Below are positions 14,301 to 25,089 of a stretch of DNA of 64,000 nucleotides, piece after piece. The stretch spans positions 75,950,001 through 76,014,000 of the forward strand of contig NC_092345.1 in assembly GCF_963676685.1 (NCBI RefSeq), written 5' to 3'. The translations under genes were made by a program, and so were the position numbers. Origin of the DNA: Mytilus edulis (taxonomy: Eukaryota). The notes under the pieces were generated by a model. It ran no database searches, was not told where the DNA came from, and was given only the letters and a program-made list of their open reading frames with translations. Numbering within the stretch: the stretch's first letter is position 1; every line of letters starts with the position of its first letter.

Positions 14301-17300
14301 ATAAGTTCAAAGGCGCGTAACTCCTAGAAAAAAAATTGAATCGCAATTTCCCGTCGATATGCACAACTACATAGTATGTCCTTATTATCTGAAAAGGTTT
14401 CGTGAAATTCTGTTGTGTGGTTTGAGAGGAGTTGCGATGACAAGAAACAGGACTGACGGACTGACGGAAGGATCGACGGACTGACGGACGGACTGACGGA
14501 CGGACGGGTCAAAAACATTATACCCTGCGCAACTTCGTTGAGTGGGTTCGTTGCGGAGGGGGTATAATTAAAGGTCTTAAAAGACTTGATTTACAATCAA
14601 GGCATATAGTTTCCAAGTGAACTCTTTGTTTCAACATGAAAGAGAGGAGAAGCATCCAATGGTGGCTTAAATAATAAAACAATAAAAAGTAAATAAATAA
14701 AGTATGATAGTCTATCTCTTAAGTTAGGAACATAAAAAATAATCAGATAAAAGTATGGATCAAAGACACAAAGGGTCACTATACAACAATACTAAAATAT
14801 TTAATAATTTGAACTGTTCTATATAAGTGGTTACCAAAATAGAATGTAGTATAATTTGATTTTTTGTGTTTTTAATGCCACTTTTAAGTACTGCTTTTGT
14901 GCTATTTCTTTGCAGCCAGTTTTTATTGGTGGAGGAAGACAGAGTGCCCAGAGAAAACCACCGGCATTCAAGATGAAAACTGAAATCCTAGTCAATTAAG
15001 ATTGGAGTCGAGTACACCCACACAATTAGGGTTCGACACAAAATCTCAGTGTTCACTGGCTAGTGATTACAGTAGTAACTACTTAGACCTTAAAACAATC
15101 GTGCCCCTTCAATAGTAGCATGAGATATTCATTTATTTCTAAGCAAAACAAAGAAAACTTCATTTTACATGGAGAGATAAAACAGTAATGACCCATCATT
15201 TCATTGACCTGTGTACATGTCAATGACAAAGTGATGATCTACCATTTAACTTATGTATGCATATGAAATAGTTATGATCCATCAGTTAAGGAATTTATGT
15301 AAATGACTTAGTGATGAAATATCACTAAACTAAATTATATTCATGAGTTTAAGTTGAAATATTACTTTATCCACTTGTTTACATGGCATATAGTTAACAT
15401 ACTTCTTATATGTGTAAGTGTTGATTTATCACATTACTAACTTGTGTACATGCCACAGTGATGATCTATCACATTACTTACTTGTGTACATGACACAGTG
15501 ATGATCTATCACATTACTTACTTGTTAACATGACATAGTGATGATCTATCACATTACTTACTTGTGTACATGACACAGTGATGACCTATCACATTACTTA
15601 CTTGTGTACATGACACAGTGATGATCTATCACATTACTAACTTGTGTACATGACACAGTGATGATCTATCACATTACTAACTTGTGTACATGACACAGTG
15701 ATGATCTATCACATTACTAACTTGTGTACATGACACAGTGATGACCCATCACATTTATTACTTGTGTACATGACACAGTGATGATCTATCACATTTGAAC
15801 TTGTGTACATGACACAGGGATGACCTATCACATTACTAACTTGTGTACATGACACAGTGATGACCTATCACATTACTTACTTGTGTACATGACACAGTGA
15901 TGACCTATTACATAACTTAATTGTGTACATAACACAGTGATGACCTATCACATTACTTACTTGTGTACATGACGTAGTGATGACCTATCATATTACTTAC
16001 TTGTGTACATGACACAGTGATGACCTATCACATTACTTACTTGTGTACATGACACAGTGATGATCTATCACATTACTTACTTGTGTACATGACACAGTGA
16101 TGACCTATCACATTACTTACTTGTGTAAATGACACAGTGATGACCTATCACATTACTAACTTGTGTACATGACACAGTGATGATCTATCACATTACTAAC
16201 TTGTGTACAAGACACAGTGATGATCTTTCACATTTATTACTTGTGTACATGACACATTGATGATCTATCACATTACTTACTTGTGTACATAACACAGAGA
16301 TGACCTATCACATTACTAACTTGTGTACATGACACAGTGATGATCCATCATATTACAAACTTGTGTACATGACACAGTGATGACCTATCACATTACTTAC
16401 TTGTGTACATGTCACAGTGATGACCTATCACATTTATTACCTGTGTACATGACACAGTGATGATCTATCACATAACGAACTTGCGTACATGACACAGTGA
16501 TGACCTATCACATTACTAACTTGTGTACATGACACAGTGATGACCTATCACATTACTTACTTGTGTATATGACACAGTGATGACCTATCACATTACTTAC
16601 TTGTGTACATGACACAGTGATGACCTATCACATTACTAACTTGTGTACATGACACAGTGATGATCTTTCACATTACGAACTTGTGTACATGACACAGTGA
16701 TGACCTATCACATTACTAACTTGTGTACATGACACAGTGATGACCCATCACATTACTAACATGTGTACATGACACAGTGATGACCCATCACATTACTAAC
16801 TTGTGTACATGACACAGTGATGTGTACATGACAGTGATGATCTATCACATTACTAACTTGTGTACATGACACACTGATGATCTATCACATTACTTACTTT
16901 TGTACATGACACAGTGATGATCTATCACATTACTTACTTGTTTACATGACATAGTGATGACCTATCATTTTATTAACTTGTGTACATGACATAGTGATGA
17001 TCTATCACATTACTTCCAAGCATTTGTGACATTAAGTTGGCATATCAGTTTAACAACTTTTTTACATGACATAGAGTTGACATGTTACTTACTTGTGTAC
17101 ATGACATAGTGATGACATGTCAATAAGGACATCATTGGTATGGCCTGGTAATCTTGGGAATACACTAGCAATTCTATCAAACAAAGTTTCTGTCTGGTGT
17201 GTACATGATGATCCTATGTCTAAGGTTCTATCAACAAATACAATGGAGGCCTTATTTTGTGTTGACTGCAAAAAACCACCACATTGTTAAAAAGAATCAT

Positions 17301-20300
17301 TCAATGAATAAGGTTTAGGTCAAATAAAACTTTCACACTTACATTTAAAACTTATTATGATTGAGAAACAAACCTAGTCAGAAAAACGTCACATTAACCA
17401 ATGAACTATGATAAAGAGATAAAGGTCATATTAACACTTTCAAATCATATGCCTAAACAAAAATCCCAGCACAAAAGCATCTGTTTACAAGATATGGATT
17501 ATGTTCAACTTTCTGAAATGTGAAACTTTATAGAATAGGTTAATGGACTCTTTGCAATATAGCATCCCAATGTCTTGAATTCTGCTAATCAATAAATGAA
17601 AGTAGATGTGAAAAATATCCATAAAGTAATGCAGCAGATTGAATGTATATAGTTTTGCAAAATTCTTTGTCCATGATAGTTTGTATTTCAAGTTACACTG
17701 CATTCATGTCCAGTGCATGATGATTAATCAATATTGTAGACATCGCAATATCTACAATGTTAACACGATATTGTGTCAACATTGTTTGCATTGTTTGAAC
17801 CCTTATGTATTGTTTACATCGTTGACATAGTTAACATCGCGATGTATACAATCTAGAAAAAATATATTGTGTTTACATTGTTTACATCGCGATGTATACA
17901 ATGTTAACACCATGTTGTGTCAACATCGTATACATTGTTTCAACCCTTATATATTGTTTACATCGTTGACATCGTTAACATTGCGATGTATACTATGTTA
18001 ACACACAACATCGTATAAATTATTTGAACCCTTATGTATTGTTTACATCGTTGACATTGTTAACATCATGATGTATACAATCTAGAAAAAATATATTGTG
18101 TTTACATTGTTTACATCGCGATGTATACAATGTTAACACGATGTTGTGTCAACATCGTATACATTGTTTGAACTCTTATATATTGTTTACATTGTTGACA
18201 TCGTTATCATCGCGATGTATACAATGTTTACACGATATTGTGTGTACATCGTTTACATTGTCTTAACTCTTATATATTGTTTACATCGTTGACATCGTAA
18301 ACATCGTTTTGTATACAATGCTAAAAAGATTTTGTGTTTACATCGCCATATAAACTATGTTGACACTATTTTGTGTTAAATTAAAGCTATAACATCACAT
18401 TTAATTAAAATATTTGTTGTTAAAAAAAACATAAAAATGCAAACTGTATATATGTAGTCGACAAACTTCATTGAATAATTATTATATGAATGGATAAAAA
18501 AACTTTTTTTTATTGATATTGTCAACATCACAATGTATACGATGTGAACGATGTAAATGATGTATAAACAATATTCAAACATCAAGATATAAACGATGTT
18601 AACGATGTAAACAGAAAGTTATAGAGTCGATATACAACATAAACACGATGTTGACACGATATTGTCAACATTGTGATGTATACGATGTGAATGGTGTAAA
18701 CACAAAGGTAAAGACTTGGTTCACAACAACAATACGATGTTGACGATGTAAAAACGATATTGTCAACATCACGATGTATACGATGTGAACTATGTAAACA
18801 GAAAGGTATGGACTTGGTTCACAACATCTATATGATGTTGACGATGTAAAAACTATATTGTCAACATCATGATGTATACAATGTGAATGATGTAAACAGA
18901 AAGGTATGGACTCTATATTCAACATAAACACGATGTTGACACGATATTGTTTACATCACGATGTATACGATGTGAACGATGTAAACACAAAGATTAAGAC
19001 TTGGGTCACAACATTTATACAATGTTGACAATGTAAAAACGATATTGTCAACATCACGATGTATACGATGTCAACGATGTAAACAGAAAGTTATAGAGTC
19101 AATATACAACATAAACACGATGTTGACAGGAATTGTTAACATAACGAATATACGATGTGACAAAGGTACAGAACATAAAGATAGGATACAATGTTAACAC
19201 AATAACGACACTATAAAGTTGACATTGCGATGTTGACAATATCGACAAAACATCATGCACTGGACATACTTCTTACACTGGGCAGCAGTTTTCAAATCAT
19301 CAGAGGAAATTTTCAGTTGTGCATCTGTTAAAAACGCTAGCATGCTTACATTTTCTATATATAACTCTCTATTCTAAGTGTAAGAAAAATGCAAAAGACC
19401 TTATAAACCAAGCTAATCCAGTAATAAAGATAATACTTTATTTAGCTGACCTTACAATGGTTAAATGCTATGGAAAAAGTAAGACAAGTTAAATCATCAG
19501 ACTGAAACATTGTTATTGTAATTGTAATGAGGCAAACCTTTCGTCTTGTCTTAGCTGGAGCATAATTAGCCAATTCAGTAGCCAAGATCCTACTAGTTGG
19601 TCCTATAGAGTAGCAGTCTTCACTGACAGCTAATTCTGACAATAAACTGTCAATACTAGAAACAAATGTCTGAAAATCAAAACAAACAAATCAATGGCAA
19701 TAAAAAAAATTCACATCAGTTACAGCAGATTCCATTGAGTGTGTAGCCAAAGGTAATATCTTTAGTTAGCTTGCTTGTTAGCTGAACCGTGAAGTCATTG
19801 TTACGGAATCCGTTGTAATTGGCAAACTAAATTGAATTTATTTACATTTTATCCATCAGATAATCATGTGAAACCTTTAAGAATAAAATTGAGAATGGAA
19901 ATGTATATTTAAAGGGTCTGTTGATACAGCATGATGGTTGACAGTTAACACACTAAAATGCTAGACCAAATAATTTGATTCTAAGAAAAGAACCATGAGA
20001 AACTATAAATATCAGTCCCTTTGAGTCCCTTTTAGCTTGGAGACTGAAATCTATATCAACAAGAAGCTATAGAAAAATATCCAAAACCAAAGAAAAGTTT
20101 TCAGTCCCTTTAACACCTTATCATGCTTATAGCTTGGAGATTGAAAACTTTTTCAAGCGGAAGACATGCCAAATTATGATTTCTAGCCCCTTTTAGCCCT
20201 TTTTTTCAATCTCCACGCTGTTGGTGTTCATAAATGACCTACTTCAATAACTAATTCCTTATGGCTGTTACATACATGTATCATTAAAGAACCTTAGTGA

Positions 20301-23300
20301 GCACGCTCACATACCCCACGTCCCCACATTGTCATTGGAGAAATTAAATAAGTATAAGAAAAAATATTGAATAATAATTTCCTGTCAATATACATAGTAT
20401 GTCCTTATTATCTACAAAATTTCATGAAATTCTGTTGTGTGTTTTCAGAGGAGTTGAGATGACAAACTGTTGCAGAAGTACATTGAAGCAAATAAGTTCA
20501 AAGGGGCATAACTCCTAGAAAAAAATTGAACCGTAATTTCCTGTTGATATGCACATCTACATAGTATGTCCTTATTATCTACAAAGTTTCATGAAATTCT
20601 GTTGTGTGGTTTGAGAGGAGTTGCGATGACAAACTGTTGCAGTAGTACATTAAAGTAAATAAGTTCAAAGGGGCATAACTCCTAGAAAAAAAATTGAATC
20701 GCAATTTCCCGTTGATATGCACAACTACATAGTATGTCCTTATTATCTGAAAAGGTTTCGTGAAATTCTGTTGTGTGGTTTGAGAGAAGTTGCGATGACA
20801 AACTGTTGCAGTAATACATTAAAGTAAATAAGTTCAAAGGGGCGTAACTCCTAGAAAAAAAATTGTATCGCAATTTCCCGTCGATAAGCACATCTACATA
20901 GTATGTCCTTATTATCTGAAAAGGTTTCGTGAAATTCTGTTGTGTGGTTTGAGAGGAGTTGCGATGACAAACTGTTGCAGTAGTACATTAAAGTAAATAA
21001 GTTCAAAGGGGCGTAACTCCTAGAAAAAAAATTGAATCGCAATTTCCTGTCGATATGCACAACTACATAGTATGTCCTTATTATCTAAAAAGGTTTCGTG
21101 AAATTCTGTTGTGTGGTTTGAGAGGAGTTTCGATGACAAGAAACAGGACTGACGGACTGACAGACGGACAGACGGATGGGTCAAAAACATTATACCCTCC
21201 GCAACTTCGTTGCGTGGGGTATAATAAATCACAAACTAGACCATGTTACATAAAAACATAAACTAAAAGATGAACTTTATAATCATCGAAATGATATCCA
21301 CAGCTGTAAATAACTTACTTTGAACCAAATCTGTAGATTAGCTGGTAGACAGGTCATGTCAAGGTCATTTAAACATTCAAATTGTTTCTTCTCTGCCTTT
21401 AAAATTGAAACAATAATACAAAATAACATTATAAACATACCAAACACTATTTTGATGAGCTATTAAACACCAAATGGGTTTTCACATATATCAAAGATCT
21501 AGGAAATCTTCCATAAGATTTCAAAATACTTCATTCGTACAAGAAAGAAAAAACACATAAGCTTAACCAATGCAATTTTAACATAAAAACACATGATTTT
21601 GAATATTACAAGTAAAACTTGAAATTGAAAATATGTCAGAGTTAAGTAATGAGTTAGGGTCTTCATAAGTAAAATTTCCTAATATGCACAATGTAAAACA
21701 AATTTTCTTTAAATTTATGAGGAGTTACTAAAAACATTTATTTTAGTCTTAAGAAGCGTCCTTTATAAAAGGTTATACTGTGAACATTCATTGCAGTAAT
21801 GCCCTTCATAAAAGGTTAATACTGAAAAGATTTCCTGCAGAAAAGTCACCTTCATAAAAGGTTAAAACTGAGAACACTAATTGCTGAAGTGCCCTTCATT
21901 AAAGGTTACTAATTGGTCTTCAACAAAGAAGCAGAACACTGTATATTAAGCACTTGTTATATATTTTAACTAATCAGACATGATTAATTTCTGCACTACG
22001 GTATGTATGCATTTGTTAAACCCTGGTTCAATAAATAACTGTACCTGTTTCAAACATGTTAATTTCTGACAACTACTAAAAATAAGGAATAAAAGTTATC
22101 AATGCATGCATAAATGCAGTCTAGTGTAAAAGAGGGACAAAAGATACCAAAGAGACAGTCAAACTCATAAATCTAAAACAAACTGACAAACTGACAACGC
22201 CAACGTAAAATGCTTCTTAACATTATCAATACTGTGGATTCATTATTATTTATTCGTTGGATACCAATTTTCGTGGATTTCATGGGTATGGAAGCCTTGA
22301 ATTTTAAAAATGTTCAATTAATTGCAAATCTGCTGTATAATTATATGCAGCCTTTAGAATAACCATGAAATCAAGTATCCACAAATATGCAAGTCTTCAT
22401 CAATCCACGAAAATTGGTACCCACGAAAATAAATGAATACACAGTAATTAGTTGAAAGCTAATCATGAGCATACCTTTTTACTAGCATGTTGTATTCTGA
22501 GCTGTTTGACATCTGTTTCTATCAAGGGGAATAACTCTGTAAATGCTGGTGTTATAAATACATTATTGCTTATGCAAGACATCAGAATAGGAATATGTTT
22601 TATCTCAGCTGTGTAATTCTGAAAAAATAAGCACATTTTAATGTAAACAAGAATGTGTCCTCAGTACACGAATGCCCCACTCGCACTATCATTTTCCATG
22701 TTCAGTGGACCGTGAAATTGGGGTAAAAACACTAATTTGGCATTAAAATTAGAAAGATCATATCATAGGGAACATGTGTACTAAGTTTGAAGTCGATTGG
22801 ACTTCAACTTCATCAAAAACTACCTTGACCAAAAACTTTAACCTGGAGCGGGACAGACGGACGAACAGACAGACAGACAGACAGACAGACAGACGGACGA
22901 ACGGACGAACGGACGAACGGACGCACAGACCAGAAAACATAATGCCCCTCTACTATCGTAGGTGGGGCATAAAAATAACTATATTTGCACGTTTGATAAC
23001 AATGGAACATACTTATGACATTTGATGTAATAACAACAAGTCCTAGCTGAAAATAACAGAATACCATTAAATTAATTAGACATGTACTACTCATCTAAGT
23101 TATTTAAGATTTGAGATATATGAAAAAACATATTTCTCCTGCTTGATAGTCCTCACAATAAAGTTTTACAAGGATCACATAAACTTACATCATCAATAAG
23201 CCATCAAAATAGAGTCAAGGTCAGTCAGATGAAACCTATCAGAAAGACATATACACCTTATAATAATTCCATTCACCAAATATAGCTGATGTACAGTATC

Positions 23301-25089
23301 TGAGAAATGGACCTAATCATTTAACTTTAACCTTGTTTACTGATCCATGAAATGAGGTTGAGGTCAAATAAAATGTAAACCTTGCAAGGAACCTATAAAC
23401 TAAATTTAAAAATTGATACAGCTATCCTAATACACTGAGTTAGAACTTCACATGACAAAAAAACATAAACAGATGTAAATGAGGTCTAGGACAAAGGAAA
23501 TATGATAGACAGGAAAATGAAATTCCAGGTCTTTCATGCTCTGAAATATAAAGCTTTATACATATAAATTTTATACTACCATCACTGCTGCATGATTTTT
23601 ATCTCTATGACTTGAATAAGAGATTTTTTTTATTAATATTGAGACAAAAACTTTGCAAATGACTGTCTCTATTTTTTGGTATAGAAGAAATCAATTGACT
23701 TTTGGCCTTCAAAGACAATAGGTGGAGGTTTATCATTTCAAATGGGTAAGTTAACTCTACAACTCTCTCAACTATCAAACATAGTTATCAGCTTTTGAAA
23801 TAATATCTATATTAATTGTTTACCATATTTTCCATCCATTCTAAGAGATCTTCTTCAAATGCATCAAAAATGGAATGTGTGTCACCATCATAGCTTCCTG
23901 ATTTTTTGAAGAGATGCATTCTTGGAGTCACTGCTGTTATTATGATGACATACTGAAAATGACTAGCCTGAATTATATCTTGGATTATTTCCCTTGTTAT
24001 CACTTCTTCTAAGCAGCTACTTGTAATAAATACAGCTTTCTTTTGATGACTCTGGGCACTCTGTGAAATAAGTTAAACATAGTTTAACATCCTGAATATA
24101 CAATGTATGTTTTATTAGATACATAACATTGTATTTTTAGATTATATTATTATATAATCTTAACATGAAGATGACCTTAGTAAAACCTTGTAATTGAGAT
24201 TAAAAATAGGAATAACTACAGTAGAATAAGATGACTTAACAAGACATCATTTTTGCTTAATAGAGGTGCCCCTTTTAGGAGGGTTGACTTATGTTAGCCC
24301 TTGTTTTATGACTGATTAATCATTTTATTTATTTTCTTTTGTTACATCTTTTGACATCAGACTCGGACTTCTCTTGAACTGAATTTTAATGTGCGTATTG
24401 TTATTCTTTTACTTTTCTACATTGGCTAGAGGTATAGGGGGAGGGTTGAGATCTCATAAACATGTTTAACCCCGCCGCAATTTTGCGCCTGTCCCAAGTC
24501 AGGAGCCTCTGGCCTTTGTTAGTCTTGTATGATTTTAAATTTTAGTTTCTTGTGTATAATTCGGAGTTTAGTATGACGTCCATTATCACTGTACTATTAT
24601 GCATATTTTAGGGGCCAGCTGAAGGACACCTACGGGTGCGGGAATCCTCGCTACATTGAAGACCCATTGGTTGCCTTCGGCTGTTGTTTGCTCTATGGTC
24701 GGGTGGTTGTCGCTTTGACATATTCACCATTTCCTTTCTCAATTTTATAATCATTTTGAAAATGATTATAATCATATATTCAATCACCCTTGTTTTATGA
24801 CTGATTAATGTATAATCATTAATGATTATAATCATATATTCAATCACCCTTTTTTTTTATGACTGATGAATGTATAATTATTGATGATTATAATCAAATA
24901 TTCAATCATGTTTACCTCAAAAGATGAAAATTCTTTAACATCAACAGCTCCTGCTTCAGTAAGGGCAGACAACCCACCATTCCAATGAAGGACTTCTGCA
25001 CATGCATTGTCTATAAATACAACAGCCTTGTTAACATCTATAAATACTTCCTTCCAGACTTCACTTGATACCATTGATATTGTCTTCAT
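5343..25089 (-). CDS. SCFD2: Sec1 family domain-containing protein 2, complete CDS, 15 coding exons, 666 aa
   Basis: Exons (minus strand): 25089-24916, 24060-23824, 22618-22475, 21396-21319, 19669-19538, 17265-17093, 13498-13405, 12768-12641, 11382-11173, 9246-9153, 8475-8412, 7868-7766, 7291-7139, 6850-6718, 5426-5343. All are GT-AG, phases are consistent, and the total is 2001 nt. Recognised SCFD2 motifs: KAVVFIDNACAEVLHW, LLEWMENMNYTAEI, LANYAPAKTRRK, ASIVFVDRTLD, LPGHTNDV, MEVNRQLVDIASKENLP, PRPSDHPLLIIFVVGGVT, VIVGSTRLIKP. Confidence 0.95.
5762..6500 (+). mobile_element. Helentron/pearl-type non-autonomous element with ~155-bp internal tandem repeats
   Basis: About 3.5 degenerate internal units (…CCCGTAATTTCGGCAAAAATTAG…), a GACGGAAT microsatellite-like tract, and a 3' hairpin ...ACAACTTCGTTGTGGGGCCATAAAAA. 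Confidence 0.65.
9321..10418. mobile_element. MITE (TACTGTGGATTCATT TIRs) containing an expanded 42-bp minisatellite
   Basis: TACTGTGGATTCATT at 9321 and AATGAATCCACAGTA ending at 10418. An unexpanded 217-bp sibling lies at 22230-22446. Confidence 0.85.
9452..10404. repeat. 42-bp minisatellite, about 23 copies, with a 126-bp (3-mer) higher-order repeat in its 3' half
   Basis: Unit AAAATAAATATCCAGGAATACATAAGATTTCCTTTATCCATG. The variant CCGCGAAAATAAATAACC recurs at 10015, 10141 and 10267, exactly 126 bp apart. Confidence 0.95.
11960..12327. mobile_element. Dispersed SINE-like repeat (copy 1)
   Basis: Highly similar to 24384-24747. Its 3' end (TTGAAGACCCATTGGTGGCC...TTTGACACATTCCCCATTTCC..TCTCAATTTT) recurs at ~56700-56795 and ~63885-63976. 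Confidence 0.75.
13576..14568 (+). mobile_element. Helentron-associated (HINE/pearl/MgE-like) element with 169-bp internal satellite, copy 1
   Basis: 5' end TAAAGAACCTTAGTGAGCACGCTCACATACCCCACG; ~4.5 tandem 169-bp units (same phase at 13986, 14155, 14324); (GACG/GACT)n microsatellite; 3' hairpin ATACCC..GCAACTTCGTTG..GGGGTATAAT. Subterminal inverted repeat ATACCCC/GGGGTAT. Confidence 0.85.
14856..15107 (-). mobile_element. tRNA-derived SINE with V-domain-like core
   Basis: The minus strand begins GGGGCACG with a degenerate tRNA-like head (GTGTCGAACCC B-box-like), then TGGTTTTCTCTGGGCACTCTGTCTTCCTCCACC, which resembles the V-SINE central domain. A-rich tail. Confidence 0.55.
15417..17015. repeat. 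40-bp minisatellite, about 40 copies, derived from the SCFD2 exon 6 3' end and splice donor
   Basis: Unit ACTTGTGTACATGACACAGTGATGA(T/C)CTATCACATTACT(T/A) matches the real exon/intron junction at 17085-17116 (TTACTTACTTGTGTACATGACATAGTGATGAC). Degenerate copies extend to ~15170 and ~17090. Confidence 0.95.
17706..19267. mobile_element. Foldback-type element with 17-bp TIRs and long inverted arms of short degenerate repeats
   Basis: ATGTCCAGTGCATGATG (17706-17722) versus CATCATGCACTGGACAT (19251-19267). The left arm is built from GTTTACATC/ACATCG units and the right arm from their complements (GATGTAAAC/CGATGT). Confidence 0.75.
20285..21225 (+). mobile_element. Helentron-associated (HINE/pearl/MgE-like) element with 169-bp internal satellite, copy 2
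   Basis: Near-identical to 13576-14568. 169-bp period at 20682, 20851 and 21020. 3' hairpin ATACCCTCCGCAACTTCGTTGCGTGGGGTATAAT. Confidence 0.85.
22230..22446. mobile_element. MITE with TACTGTGGATTCATT TIRs (unexpanded sibling of 9321-10418)
   Basis: TACTGTGGATTCATTATT...GGATACCAATTTTCGTGGATTTC at the left end and CCACGAAAATAAATGAATACACAGTA at the right end. Confidence 0.8.
22645..22975 (+). mobile_element. Helentron/pearl-type non-autonomous element with (GACA)n(GACG)n microsatellite
   Basis: Starts AACAAGAATGTGTCC...ATGCCCCAC, contains a tetranucleotide microsatellite at ~22852-22930, and has a 3' hairpin ATGCCCCTCTACTATCGTAGGTGGGGCATAAAAA. Confidence 0.8.
24384..24747. mobile_element. Dispersed SINE-like repeat (copy 2)
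   Basis: Highly similar to 11960-12327 over ~365 bp. Confidence 0.75.

Noticed and set aside
13986-14518. Repeated 69-aa ORFs (also 20682-21232)
   Set aside because: Translations of the 169-bp satellite unit. No protein homology recognised.
15417-17015. Regular short repeats as a possible CRISPR array
   Set aside because: The units are contiguous with no unique spacers, there are no cas genes, and the context is a eukaryotic intron.
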